Source of the DNA: Winogradskyella sp.
Lineage (GTDB): Bacteria > Bacteroidota > Bacteroidia > Flavobacteriales > Flavobacteriaceae
Reading direction: 5' to 3'
DNA: 64,000 bases
Assembly: GCF_045105575.1 (NCBI RefSeq)
Contig: NZ_JBGCDQ010000028.1
Span: 1,744-65,743, forward strand
Made by a program: the position numbers and the translations under genes. This document shows positions 1 through 10,213 of the stretch, piece by piece (position 1 is the stretch's first letter; each line of letters starts with the position of its first letter). The notes beneath the pieces are model-generated. The model was not told the origin of the DNA. It ran no database searches and saw only the letters and a program-made list of their open reading frames with translations.

Positions 1-1
1 T

Positions 2-505
2 AAAGAAATTGAAGATGCTAAAATGCAAAGTCTCAATTTATATGATTTTGTAGAAAAAGCGACTTATAATATTATCGCTTTAGCACAGAATGCAGAAGCC
101 ACAATTTATAACGAAGTTGACGAAGACATTTGCATTAAAGGTGTGCCAGCTTATCTCGATAGTATTATTCTTAATTTTTTAACCAATGCTATTAAATATA
201 AGTCCGAAAAAAGAAAGCCTATTATAGAATTATCTTCTAAAATTGAAAACGATTATGTGGTCTTAAGCATTAGAGATAATGGTCTTGGGATTGATTTAGA
301 TAAGTTTGGTGAAGCACTTTTTCAGATGTATAAAACCTTTCATTATAACGAAGATGCCATTGGTATTGGCCTTTTTATCACTAAAAACCATATTGAATCT
401 TTAGGCGGAAAAATAGAAGTTTCGAGCGAAGTAGATGTCGGTACTGAGTTTTCTGTGTATTTTAAAAATGCTAGTCATCAACTAAATACTAGAGCAAAAA
501 AATGA
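2..505 (+). CDS. Sensor histidine kinase, C-terminal HATPase domain (5'-truncated by window edge)
   Basis: N box (ILNFLTNAIKY), G1 (DNGLGID), G2 (GIGLFIT). The frame is open from position 2, so the gene starts before the window. Confidence 0.9.
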   Translation, partial: KEIEDAKMQSLNLYDFVEKATYNIIALAQNAEATIYNEVDEDICIKGVPAYLDSIILNFLTNAIKYKSEKRKPIIELSSKIENDYVVLSIRDNGLGIDLDKFGEALFQMYKTFHYNEDAIGIGLFITKNHIESLGGKIEVSSEVDVGTEFSVYFKNASHQLNTRAKK

Positions 506-533
506 GCCTTTCAGTAATTGCGAAAGGCTCATT
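501..533. terminator. Bidirectional intrinsic terminator
   Basis: AATGAGCCTTTC-agtaattgc-GAAAGGCTCATT, a perfect 12-bp inverted repeat between convergent genes. Confidence 0.8.
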
Positions 534-559
534 GTTAGGTTTAATATTTGAAAGTGTTC

Positions 560-1096
560 TTATAACACATCAACTGTGGTTGTAACATCTAATTCTAATA
601 GAATATCAAAAGATACAGGTGTACCACTTACGGTTCCGTTTACAGAAGCTGTAATAGAGCTTTCATTGGCTAATGCACTGGCAATAGCATTTAAAGCAGC
701 AGCATCTTCAATAGTGTACACGGTATTGTTGTCATCAGATTCTTCAAGATTAACATCTGTTATTGAAATCGTTGTACTGCCAAAAGTAAATGTACCTTCG
801 GTTAAAGTTGCATTTGGTGCTCCTTCAAAGTTATCAATTTCATAGGTTAAATCATTGACTGTAACGCCTTGTATTAAATCAATACTAGATTGAATGTCAA
901 CATTAGAGGCTAAATCAATCGTTGAATTTTCTGAGAATTCTGCTGGCATGCCTTCAGAATCTTCGGTAACAGCAACACTGAAACTGGTAGAAAGATCTCC
1001 ATTGATATCAAATTCTGTTAATTCATCAAGATCTTCGCAGGCAAAGGCCGTAATCATTACTAATAATAAAAGGCTAATTTGTTTTGTAATTTTCAT
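560..1096 (-). CDS. Highly acidic lipoprotein, unknown function
   Basis: 178 aa ORF; signal peptide ending TAFA-C followed by acidic EDLDE. Confidence 0.75.
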   Translation of the reverse strand: MKITKQISLLLLVMITAFACEDLDELTEFDINGDLSTSFSVAVTEDSEGMPAEFSENSTIDLASNVDIQSSIDLIQGVTVNDLTYEIDNFEGAPNATLTEGTFTFGSTTISITDVNLEESDDNNTVYTIEDAAALNAIASALANESSITASVNGTVSGTPVSFDILLELDVTTTVDVL

Positions 1097-1191
1097 CGTT
1101 TTGGGTTTTTTAGTTTAACCTTTAGTTTGTTATAATTCAAAAGGTTAACAAGGTTAAGGGCGAAATATATTCATTTTAAATGAAAGCACAA

Positions 1192-1220
1192 AAAAAAGAG
1201 GCTATTTAAACCTCTTTTTT
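1192..1220 (-). terminator. Intrinsic terminator downstream of accD
   Basis: AAAAAAGAGG-ctatttaaa-CCTCTTTTTT inverted repeat. Confidence 0.7.
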
Positions 1221-1230
1221 ATATTTCAAT

Positions 1231-2088
1231 TTAAGCTCTTATCGGCTGATTCTTAATCAAATCGATATATAAATTCACCTTCGTCTTTAAATCTTTACGA
1301 TGTGTAATGAAATCTAAAAAGCCGTGTTCTAACAAAAATTCTGAAGTCTGAAACCCTTCTGGCAATTCCTTTCCTGTGGTGTCTCTCACAATCCTAGGAC
1401 CTGCAAAACCGATTAAAGCACCAGGTTCTGCAATATTAATATCTCCTAACATAGCAAAAGAAGCTGTTGTTCCGCCTGTTGTGGGATCTGTACATAAAGA
1501 AATATAAGGAATACCTGCATCTGCCAACTGTGCGAGTTTTACAGAAGTTTTAGCTAATTGCATTAAAGATAAAGCGGCTTCCATCATACGTGCACCACCA
1601 GATTTACTAATAATCATTAAAGGTGTTTTTTTCTTAAGCGCATAATCTGCTGCTCTAGCAATTTTTTCACCAACAACACTTCCCATAGAGCCACCAATAA
1701 AGCTAAAATCCATACAGGCTATAACTAAATCGTTTCCGTTAGATTTACCAACTGCGGTGCGCACTGCGTCCTTAAGATTGGTCTTTTTTTGTGCGGCTTT
1801 TAAGCGATCTGGGTATTTTTTGGTGTCTTCAAATTTAAGCGGATCTTTAGATGTTAAATTGGCATCTAATTCTTTGTATTTATTATCGTCAAATAAAATT
1901 TGAAAATATTCATTACTTCCTATTCTTACATGGTAGCCGTCTTCTGGACTCACATAAAAATTCTGCTCAAGTTCTTTAGTGTCTATAATCTTTCCTGTAG
2001 GAGATTTATACCAAAGTCCTTTAGGTGTGTCTTTTTTTTCTTCGGTTGAGGTATGAATACCTTTATCTTTTCTTTTAAACCAAGCCAT
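1231..2088 (-). CDS. accD: Acetyl-CoA carboxylase carboxyltransferase beta subunit
   Basis: [33 protein letters not shown] and [12 protein letters not shown] motifs. Confidence 0.97.
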   Translation of the reverse strand: MAWFKRKDKGIHTSTEEKKDTPKGLWYKSPTGKIIDTKELEQNFYVSPEDGYHVRIGSNEYFQILFDDNKYKELDANLTSKDPLKFEDTKKYPDRLKAAQKKTNLKDAVRTAVGKSNGNDLVIACMDFSFIGGSMGSVVGEKIARAADYALKKKTPLMIISKSGGARMMEAALSLMQLAKTSVKLAQLADAGIPYISLCTDPTTGGTTASFAMLGDINIAEPGALIGFAGPRIVRDTTGKELPEGFQTSEFLLEHGFLDFITHRKDLKTKVNLYIDLIKNQPIRA

Positions 2089-2362
2089 ATTTAGGTTACG
2101 ATTTTAATCCTTTTACATCTCATTTAATAAGGGTTGGTTGATGTTAAGGACAGGTTTATGATTTTAGATCACTACAATCTTAAATCTATTTTTAGTGTGT
2201 TGTTTATTACTTACGTATTGCGTACAAACTTACTATTTTATTGAATATAACTCAAAAATAGAGAAAAGTATCTCAATATTCATGTTTTTAGACCCAAATA
2301 AAAACCCATTAAAACTCTGATAACAAGTTCTAATGGGTCAATACAATTTATTTAAAATAAAC

Positions 2363-3430
2363 TTATAAAGTGTCTACGTTATTGAGATCCTCAAAAGCTT
2401 TTTTCAATCTATCAACAAAAGCATCTTCACCTTTACGCAACCAAACACGTGGATCGTAATACTTTTTGTTAGGAATATCGTTACCATCAGGATTACCGAT
2501 TTGCGTTTGTAAGTAGTCTTTTTTGTCGAGTACATAATCTCTAACACCACTTAAAAAAGCATATTGCATGTCGGTATCAATATTCATTTTTATAACACCA
2601 TAGCTTATACCTTCTCTAATTTCTTCAACTGTAGAACCAGATCCACCATGAAAAACAAAATCGATATGATTATGCTCTACACCATACTTTTTAGTAATGT
2701 GTTCTTGCGAATTCTTTAAGATTTTCGGTGTCAATTTTACGTTTCCAGGTCTGTAAACACCATGCACGTTTCCGAAAGCAGCTGCAATGGTAAACTGATC
2801 GCTTACTTTACTTAATTCTTCATAAGCATAAGCTACTTCTTCAGGCTGTGTGTATAATTTAGAATCATCAACATCACTATTATCTACACCATCTTCTTCA
2901 CCACCTGTAATTCCTAATTCAATTTCTAAAGTCATACCCATTTTGCTCATACGCTCAAGATATGTTTTACAGATTGCTATGTTTTCTTCAAGAGGCTCTT
3001 CAGATAAATCAATCATATGAGAACTGTAAAGCGACTTTCCTGTTTCTTTAAAATGTTGCTCACTTGCGTCTAATAAACCGTCAATCCAAGGTAATAATTT
3101 TTTAGCGCAGTGGTCTGTATGCAAAATTACAGGTACTCCATAAGCTTCTGCCATTTGGTGAACGTGTTTTGCACCAGCAATAGAACCAGCAATGGCGGCT
3201 TTTTGGCCTTCGTTACTTAAACCTTTACCAGCATTAAATTGCGCTCCACCATTTGAAAACTGAATAATAACTGGAGCATTTAATGCTTTTGCAGTTTCTA
3301 AAACACCATTGATAGTGTTAGACCCAATAACGTTTACAGCAGGCAAGGCAAAGCCTTTTTCTTTAGCGTAATTAAAAATATTTTGAACTTCTTTTCCTGT
3401 AGCAACTCCAGGTTTAATATTATGACTCAT
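2363..3430 (-). CDS. fbaA: Fructose-bisphosphate aldolase class II
   Basis: HTDHCAKK, FGNVHGVY, FVFHGGSGS and KMNIDTD motifs. Confidence 0.97.
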   Translation of the reverse strand: MSHNIKPGVATGKEVQNIFNYAKEKGFALPAVNVIGSNTINGVLETAKALNAPVIIQFSNGGAQFNAGKGLSNEGQKAAIAGSIAGAKHVHQMAEAYGVPVILHTDHCAKKLLPWIDGLLDASEQHFKETGKSLYSSHMIDLSEEPLEENIAICKTYLERMSKMGMTLEIELGITGGEEDGVDNSDVDDSKLYTQPEEVAYAYEELSKVSDQFTIAAAFGNVHGVYRPGNVKLTPKILKNSQEHITKKYGVEHNHIDFVFHGGSGSTVEEIREGISYGVIKMNIDTDMQYAFLSGVRDYVLDKKDYLQTQIGNPDGNDIPNKKYYDPRVWLRKGEDAFVDRLKKAFEDLNNVDTL

Positions 3431-3458
3431 AATTTATTAGTATTGAAAATTTAAGTCT

Positions 3459-3466
3459 CAAAAATA
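3459..3466 (-). promoter_or_regulatory. Bacteroidota -7 promoter box for fbaA
   Basis: TATTTTTG on the minus strand matches TAnnTTTG, 28 nt before the ATG. Confidence 0.6.
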
Positions 3467-3634
3467 CGGAATTTTTGATTATTTATTGAGACTATACAGT
3501 TATATAATATCGAAAACGTTATCGTTTTTAGCCTGTTAGCACAATGGCGATTGGTTTCGATTTTGGCTCATTATTAAAATTATGCCGAAATGACAAAATA
3601 AGAGACGTTGCTGAAAAAAAGAATAGGACCGGTT

Positions 3635-6172
3635 TTAAAAAGGATAATTAATACCGATATTATATACGGCATTTCTGAAATTATAGTCTCTAAACCAACG
3701 ATTACTGATATCTTGCGATGGATCGTAGGTTTTAAAACCAACATCAAAACGAAGAACAAAAAAATCAAAATCATACCGAATTCCGAAACCAGAGCCTACT
3801 GCAATATCTTGTAAAGATCTAAAATCGTTTAGTGTGGCAGCTTCATCTTCAACATTATCTAATACATTCCAAATGTTACCAGCATCGACAAAAACAGCTC
3901 CTTGAAAGGCTCCAAATAAGCTAAAACGCTGTTCTGCACTTAAATGAAGTTTAAAGTTAGCTTCATTAAATTCGTTGGTAGTTTTAGAACTTCCTGGACC
4001 TAAGTTAAAGGCAGTCCATGCTCTGTTGTCATTTGGTCCTCCTGCGAAAAAACTTTCTGCAAACGGAATGTTATTAGAGTTACCATAAGGAATAGCAATA
4101 CCTGCGTAACTTCTAAACGCGAAGACATTCTTTTTACCAAGATCAATATATTTTATATAATCTATTTCGGTCTTTATATATTGCGAAAAGGCAACACCAA
4201 AAATTTCGTAATTATTATCATTTTTCTCTGATCCGATAAGACTAGAAACATTTGCAAGTAAATTACCAGCCAATTCTACACGCCATTTAAAAACTGAAAA
4301 GTCATTATCGAAAGTGCTTTTTCGTTTGTCTTTTTTATAATCGAAACTGGTAGAAAAAATAAGGTTATTTTCGGTGAGTCGTTCTCTACGTTCTTCGATA
4401 TTATTTACGGCTTGAAAATCGGCAGCACTCAAGGTTTCATTTCCTGTTAAAACATCATTAATAAATACATCTGCTGGTGCAAAACTATTTGGAATGCTGC
4501 CATCAAATAGAATTTCATCATCATCTATATAATTGATGTTTCGTGCAATGGTATTTAAACTGGCAAAAGAACTGGTATAGACACCAAAATAATTACTGGT
4601 ATTTAGATTTTTTACAAAGTTGACATTAAATAATTCTAAAGTATTTGTTACGGTTGAAGACGGAAACCAATTGTAACTATAGATACTAGAAATGGCCTGT
4701 TTATCGAGACCTATGTTTTGTTGACTTGTTGCCGATAAGTTGATGATGGTGCTTGGCGACATGTATTTAGGGATAATTTTATCCGTATTAAAAGGACTAA
4801 ACAGTCTTGGTATGGTTAAACGAATATTGGCACCAAATTCGTTAATATCAAAAAAACTTGTTTCATTAGCACTAGGATTTCTAGAAGCACCAATTGCTGC
4901 AACTCCAGAAATATCTAAGGTTTCGGCACCTCTAAAAATATTTCTAATTTTTAAACCAGAGCTAAATGAAAAGCCAATGGTTTGTATGTTACTGGTATTA
5001 ATTTCAGGATCAAAACTTAAACCGTATTTCTTTTTAGGTTCTAAAAAAATATTAGCCGTTAAGGTGCTGTCTGCCTCGTTTTCAACAAAATCTACGTTTG
5101 GGTATCTAAACATTTGCAAATCGTTGAGGTAACGCTGGGTTCGGCTTCTAGCTAAATCACTGTAAGTATCTCCTTGTGTTAAAAAAACAGCATCGGTTAA
5201 CGCCTTTGGTCTAAACCTTAATTTTTCTTTACTGTACAGATTAACGTTTTTATAGATGGTGGTATCAATAATCGGTTGGTTTCTGTTACTGTAATTATCA
5301 TCCGTAAAAATATTGACGTCTTTTATTTTATAAATTTTAAAAGGTGCTGTTGTGGTGGAGTCATCACCTCTAATCGTTCGGTTGGCTATAATTAAATCCG
5401 TATGTACTTTATGGTTGGTGTTAATTGTATCCATTTCAAAACGAATATAATCTTGTCCAAAGTGATAAAAACCTCTATTTCTGAGGTATTTGTTGATACG
5501 TTCGCGTTCATTTTCATAACGCTGTTCGTCGTATTGTTCGCCTTTTTTTAATAGAGTATTTTCACTAAATTGACTGTAGAGTGAATCAATGGCAGTACTG
5601 CTAATAAAAGGTTTTAAAGAATCTAAAACATAAGGTTTATTTTTTTTGACATGATACGTTACCTGCGCTTTTTTAGTACTATCTTTTTCAACATTAAATG
5701 TAATTTCATTGTTAAACCAGCCTTTACTGTAATAGTACTTTCTTAAATTATTCGCCGTTTTTATCGTTTTTTCACCATCGTAAATCACAGGAGCCTCTCC
5801 AGTACGTTTAAGCCATGCGTTAAAATCACGTCGCGATTCTATCAGCTTATTAAACTGTTTTTTAGATAGTAATTTGGTACGTCGTCTTACTTTAGAAGTA
5901 TCATTTAACACATCAGCATACAATATGGAATCTATATTTGGCCTCGCAAGGTTATAGATGTGAAGTTTTAGTGGAAAACTTAAAATTTTTCGCATTCCGG
6001 AATTGGTGCGTTGTAAAATGATGTTATTAATACGCTCATTTGTAATTTTGGTACTGTCTTCTAAAATGGTATTGCTCGTAATAAGGTGTTCATTGGTTTT
6101 TACACGTTTTACAACATTACAAGAACTTAACATCAAAGCACCAACAACTAGCAAGATGCAACGGTAGTGCAT
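3635..6172 (-). CDS. tamL: BamA/TamA-family outer-membrane lipoprotein (TamL-like)
   Basis: Lipobox LSS-C, POTRA-like N-half, Omp85 motifs FFAGGPNDNRAW and GFGIRYDF..FVLRFD, ends YPF. Start moved to the ATG at 6172 because it gives a proper signal peptide. Confidence 0.85.
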   Translation of the reverse strand: MHYRCILLVVGALMLSSCNVVKRVKTNEHLITSNTILEDSTKITNERINNIILQRTNSGMRKILSFPLKLHIYNLARPNIDSILYADVLNDTSKVRRRTKLLSKKQFNKLIESRRDFNAWLKRTGEAPVIYDGEKTIKTANNLRKYYYSKGWFNNEITFNVEKDSTKKAQVTYHVKKNKPYVLDSLKPFISSTAIDSLYSQFSENTLLKKGEQYDEQRYENERERINKYLRNRGFYHFGQDYIRFEMDTINTNHKVHTDLIIANRTIRGDDSTTTAPFKIYKIKDVNIFTDDNYSNRNQPIIDTTIYKNVNLYSKEKLRFRPKALTDAVFLTQGDTYSDLARSRTQRYLNDLQMFRYPNVDFVENEADSTLTANIFLEPKKKYGLSFDPEINTSNIQTIGFSFSSGLKIRNIFRGAETLDISGVAAIGASRNPSANETSFFDINEFGANIRLTIPRLFSPFNTDKIIPKYMSPSTIINLSATSQQNIGLDKQAISSIYSYNWFPSSTVTNTLELFNVNFVKNLNTSNYFGVYTSSFASLNTIARNINYIDDDEILFDGSIPNSFAPADVFINDVLTGNETLSAADFQAVNNIEERRERLTENNLIFSTSFDYKKDKRKSTFDNDFSVFKWRVELAGNLLANVSSLIGSEKNDNNYEIFGVAFSQYIKTEIDYIKYIDLGKKNVFAFRSYAGIAIPYGNSNNIPFAESFFAGGPNDNRAWTAFNLGPGSSKTTNEFNEANFKLHLSAEQRFSLFGAFQGAVFVDAGNIWNVLDNVEDEAATLNDFRSLQDIAVGSGFGIRYDFDFFVLRFDVGFKTYDPSQDISNRWFRDYNFRNAVYNIGINYPF

Positions 6173-6342
6173 TTTGAAGTTAATCAATGATGGTGATGTA
6201 AAATGTTGCGAACTCAAACGAGGGTTTTTATTTGTATGATGTGTTAGTGAAACAAAAATAATACCACTTCTAAATTAGAAACCTTATTTAAACAAAAAAG
6301 GTTTACTTTGTATTTAGGTCTAACAAATGTAAAGACATTTTA

Positions 6343-7077
6343 ATGTTATCAAAGAATCAAATAAAGTTAATTAAAAGTTTAGGTCAAAAAAAGAATAGAC
6401 AAGAAGAAGGTTTGTTTATTGTTGAAGGCATTAAAGGCATTACAGAATTTTTAAAGTCAGATTATAAATTGAATAATTTATGGACTACTAAATCTGTTTT
6501 TGAAGCGCCTAAGCACCTAATTAATGAAATTTCTGAGACCGAATTAAATAAAATATCGTCACTAAAAAATCCGAATACTGCTTTAGCTGTTTTTGAAATT
6601 CCAGAGCCAAAGTTAACGCAACAAAATGGCTTGGTTGTGGCTTTAGACGATGTAAGGGATCCAGGTAATTTAGGTACCATCATTAGATTGTGCGATTGGT
6701 ATAATATTAAAAATTTGGTGTGTAGTGTAAATACCGTTGATTGCTATAACTCTAAAGTGGTTCAAGCAACAATGGGTTCTTTAACACGCGTTAATGTGCA
6801 GTATTTAGATCTCATAACGTATATAGAAGCGTCTAAGACTGAAGTGTTCGGAACATTTTTGTCTGGAGAAAACATCTATACCACAGACTTGCCACAAGAA
6901 GGTATTATTGTATTAGGCAATGAAGCTAACGGTATTTCTGAAGCTATTGAAACCATGGTGACTAGAAAAATCACCATTCCACAATTTGGAACCTCAAAAG
7001 CTACAGAAAGCTTAAATGTAGCTAATGCCACTGCAATAGTGTTAAGTGAGTTTATGAGACGTACTATTGAAATGTAA
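6343..7077 (+). CDS. TrmH/SpoU family RNA 2'-O-methyltransferase
   Basis: DPGNLGTIIR, VLGNEANGIS and ESLNVANA SPOUT motifs. Confidence 0.93.
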   Translation: MLSKNQIKLIKSLGQKKNRQEEGLFIVEGIKGITEFLKSDYKLNNLWTTKSVFEAPKHLINEISETELNKISSLKNPNTALAVFEIPEPKLTQQNGLVVALDDVRDPGNLGTIIRLCDWYNIKNLVCSVNTVDCYNSKVVQATMGSLTRVNVQYLDLITYIEASKTEVFGTFLSGENIYTTDLPQEGIIVLGNEANGISEAIETMVTRKITIPQFGTSKATESLNVANATAIVLSEFMRRTIEM

Positions 7078-7780
7078 AATTGATAAAAACGCCTCGTGTT
7101 TGCATCTTAGCAACGTTGCCTGTCCAAGGGCTATTTGGATCCGCATCAGGAATAAGTTCATTATTCATGGCAAAAATGCCACGTATAGACGGTGTAAATT
7201 TAAAATAGAGTAGGTACAAATCAATACCAAAACCAAGTTCGTAGAAATAGGTCGTTCTCGTCATTCTAAATTCATTGGCACTATTATCATTAGGATTATC
7301 CGCGTTGCTCGATAAATTTAAAGCAGCAGAAAAACCTCCAACGATAAATGGCTTAAAATTATTAATTCGTTTTGTTGAAACTTTTAATAAAAGTGGCACA
7401 TGTACGTAAGTAGATTTTACCTCTCTTAAGAGGTCTGAGTTATTAAAATCGATACCGCTAAAATAACTTTCGTTGTATTGTAAATTTCTAGTGGTAAAGA
7501 AAACACCAGGTTCTAATCTTAAATTTAAGTAATCGTTAATACGAAGATCTCCGATGAGACCTAAATGGAATCCAGCGGTTGTTTCAACTAGAATGTCATC
7601 TAAGTTTTGATTATAATCAAAATTAAAATCATATTGGTTAAATCCAATAAAATAGCCCCAAGTCACTGGTTTTTTATCTATATTGTCTACAGCGTTCGTG
7701 ACCTTTTCTTTAGTGAAAAGTTGGGCGGAAACGTTTTGAAACGTTAACAAAAACCCGATAACATATACTAATTTCTTCAT
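7064..7780 (-). CDS. porT: PorT/SprT family outer-membrane beta-barrel (T9SS)
   Basis: Signal peptide, WGYFIGFN, LRLEPG, KFTPSIRG, C-terminal FTFQ; lies next to menG. Confidence 0.85.
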   Translation of the reverse strand: MKKLVYVIGFLLTFQNVSAQLFTKEKVTNAVDNIDKKPVTWGYFIGFNQYDFNFDYNQNLDDILVETTAGFHLGLIGDLRINDYLNLRLEPGVFFTTRNLQYNESYFSGIDFNNSDLLREVKSTYVHVPLLLKVSTKRINNFKPFIVGGFSAALNLSSNADNPNDNSANEFRMTRTTYFYELGFGIDLYLLYFKFTPSIRGIFAMNNELIPDADPNSPWTGNVAKMQTRGVFINFTFQ

Positions 7781-7781
7781 A

Positions 7782-8513
7782 CTATGCTTTAGATGCTGAG
7801 TAGATGGTTGCTACTCCCATGGTTTGTGGCAGATCTTTCACATTAATAAACCCAATTTTTCTTAAAATATTGTTCAATGCTTCACCATAAGGAAAAACAG
7901 AAGCCGATTCACTTAAATAACTGTAAGCCACTCTATCTTTAGAAAATAGTTTACCAATAATAGGCAAAACCACTTTTGTATGCACTTTGTAACCTGCTTT
8001 ATAAATTGGATTCGTTGGCACAGAGGTTTCTAAAATCACAAAAATACCATTCGGTTTTAAGACTCTTAGAATTTCAGCTAATCCCTTTTCTAAATGTTCA
8101 AAATTACGCACACCAAAAGCAACTGTAATGGCATCGAATGTATCATCTTCAAACGGTAAATCTTCAGAATCACCAATAACCATTGAAATGATACCATCTA
8201 ATTTTTTAGAACTGATTTTTTTACGACCAACCTCTAACATGCCATCACTAATATCTAAACCAATAATGTCTTTAGCACTTGTAGCGGTTAGGCTAATTGC
8301 TAAATCACCAGTTCCTGTGGCAATATCTAAAATGTTTTCAGGATTGGTTTTTGCAACCATTTCTACGACCTTATTTCTCCACTTTATATCAATACCAAAA
8401 GAAATGACACGATTTAATCCGTCGTATTCCTTAGAAATCGTATCGAACATCTGCGTCACCTGAACCTTTTTAGATTGGTCACTATCTTTATATGGGTTTA
8501 CTTTTTCAGCCAT
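7782..8513 (-). CDS. menG: Demethylmenaquinone methyltransferase (UbiE/MenG)
   Basis: [20 protein letters not shown] and AFGVRNF motifs. Confidence 0.95.
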   Translation of the reverse strand: MAEKVNPYKDSDQSKKVQVTQMFDTISKEYDGLNRVISFGIDIKWRNKVVEMVAKTNPENILDIATGTGDLAISLTATSAKDIIGLDISDGMLEVGRKKISSKKLDGIISMVIGDSEDLPFEDDTFDAITVAFGVRNFEHLEKGLAEILRVLKPNGIFVILETSVPTNPIYKAGYKVHTKVVLPIIGKLFSKDRVAYSYLSESASVFPYGEALNNILRKIGFINVKDLPQTMGVATIYSASKA

Positions 8514-8541
8514 AGAAATTTTTGGTAAATATACTAAGAAG

Positions 8542-8591
8542 TTAGCAAGTGTCTAAAGTTTATAAGTACTTAAAGTTTGGACACTTGCTAA
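8542..8591. repeat. Imperfect inverted repeat within degenerate AAGT..TAAAGTT repeats
   Basis: TTAGCAAGTGTCTAAA ... TTTGGACACTTGCTAA (15/16), enclosing the palindrome TAAGTACTTA. Confidence 0.6.
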
Positions 8592-8717
8592 GTGCTTAAA
8601 GTTATGAGTGTCTACTTGAACGTATTACATATAATGAACTTTGAACACGAAACTTCTAATACATCAAGCATTCTTCAACTTATAACTTCAAATTATAGGC
8701 ACTTATCAACTAATAAG

Positions 8718-8725
8718 TATATTTG
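8718..8725 (+). promoter_or_regulatory. -7 promoter box for trkAH
   Basis: TATATTTG matches TAnnTTTG. Confidence 0.55.
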
Positions 8726-8854
8726 CATGTTTATTTCGAACAGGATATAATGAAACGAGCCTATTTAAAATCTTATGATTTAAATAGAATGATGACAATT
8801 AAACAGTCCTGATAGTGATCGGAATGATCTTAAAAAAACAGTGAAAAAATACAC

Positions 8855-10204
8855 ATGAAAATAATTATTGCAGGTGCAGGTGAAGTCGGATTTCATTTAG
8901 CAAAGCTCTTGTCTTACGAGTCTCAAGAAATCACTTTAATTGATACAAAAAAGGATAGCTTAGGCTATGCAGGTGAGCACTTAGATATAAGAACTATAAA
9001 AGGCGATGCCACGTCTATAGCTGTGTTGAGAGATGCGCGTATTGATACGGCAGCACTGTTTATAGCAGTAACCTCCTCCGAAACTACAAATATTACGGCA
9101 TGTGTTTTGGCGAAACAATTAGGTGCCAAACGTACCATTGCACGTATTTCGAACACAGAATTTATTGAACACAAGGAAACGGTAGGATTTTCCAAATTCG
9201 GAATTGATGAATTAATCTCGCCAGAATCTTTAGCAGCATCAGAGATTGAATTACTATTAAATCAATACGGCTTTAACGAAACTTATGAGTTTGAGGAAGG
9301 TGCATTAACCATGTTGGGTTTACGTTTATCAAGAACCGCAACCTTTGTAGATAAAACTGTAAAACAAGCTGCAGAATTATTTTCAGAATTACACTTTATT
9401 CCCATTGCTATTCAAAGGTTAGGGACGCAATACACCATTATTCCGAGAGGTGATACCATTTTTAAAGAAGGTGATAAAGTTGTTTTTATGACTTCTAAAG
9501 GTGGTGACGATGAGCTTTTTGAGTTATCAGGAAAAGTAAAAGTAGATATTAAAGATGTGATGATTCTTGGTGGTAGCCAAATCGGTTATAAAACTGCAAA
9601 AGATCTTTGTGCTAGTAAGTTTAATGTAAAACTGGTTGAAAGTAAAAAAAGTGTTGCTGAAGATTTAGCTGAAGATTTACCAAATGCTCTAGTCATTTGT
9701 GGAGACGGTAGAAATGTAGAAATATTAGATGAAGAAAATATTTCAGATATGGACGCCTTTATTGCGGTTACCGGAAATTCTGAAACCAATATTATGTCTT
9801 GTCTTTTGGCAAAATCTAAGGGAGTTAAGAAAACTATTGCTCTAGTTGAAAATATGGATTATTATCAATTATCGCAATCCATTGGTATTGATACCTTGAT
9901 TAATAAAAAGCTATTAGCAGCGAATAACATTTTTAGATATATTAGAAAAGGGGAAGTGGTCGCCATGACCAAGTTAACCAACATGAATGCGGAACTTTTA
10001 GAATTCGTGGTAAAACCAAATTCTAAAATTACCAATAAGATGATTAAAGAATTGAAATTTCCACGTTCTGCTATTTTTGGTGGAGTCATTAGAGATGGAA
10101 AAGGTTTAATTCCGCTCGGAAGTTTTAAAATTGAAGCAGGAGATCGTGTGGTCGTCTGTTGTTTGCCGCGTTCTATTTCAGAAGTTGAAGCATTTTTCTC
10201 ATAA
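8855..10204 (+). CDS. trkA: Trk potassium uptake NAD-binding subunit
   Basis: Two RCK_N/RCK_C pairs (IIIAGAGEVG; MILGGSQIG). Confidence 0.95.
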   Translation: MKIIIAGAGEVGFHLAKLLSYESQEITLIDTKKDSLGYAGEHLDIRTIKGDATSIAVLRDARIDTAALFIAVTSSETTNITACVLAKQLGAKRTIARISNTEFIEHKETVGFSKFGIDELISPESLAASEIELLLNQYGFNETYEFEEGALTMLGLRLSRTATFVDKTVKQAAELFSELHFIPIAIQRLGTQYTIIPRGDTIFKEGDKVVFMTSKGGDDELFELSGKVKVDIKDVMILGGSQIGYKTAKDLCASKFNVKLVESKKSVAEDLAEDLPNALVICGDGRNVEILDEENISDMDAFIAVTGNSETNIMSCLLAKSKGVKKTIALVENMDYYQLSQSIGIDTLINKKLLAANNIFRYIRKGEVVAMTKLTNMNAELLEFVVKPNSKITNKMIKELKFPRSAIFGGVIRDGKGLIPLGSFKIEAGDRVVVCCLPRSISEVEAFFS

Positions 10205-10213
10205 GGTTATATT

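Noticed and set aside
1095-1157. TTAACCTT/AAGGTTAA direct and inverted 8-mers upstream of the acidic lipoprotein
   Set aside because: Short and AT-rich; it could be a regulator site but cannot be separated from chance without comparative data
8789-8820. ATGATGACA in the trkA leader, resembling the CHAT-module promoter -35
   Set aside because: There is no CGAT at the required 14-nt spacing
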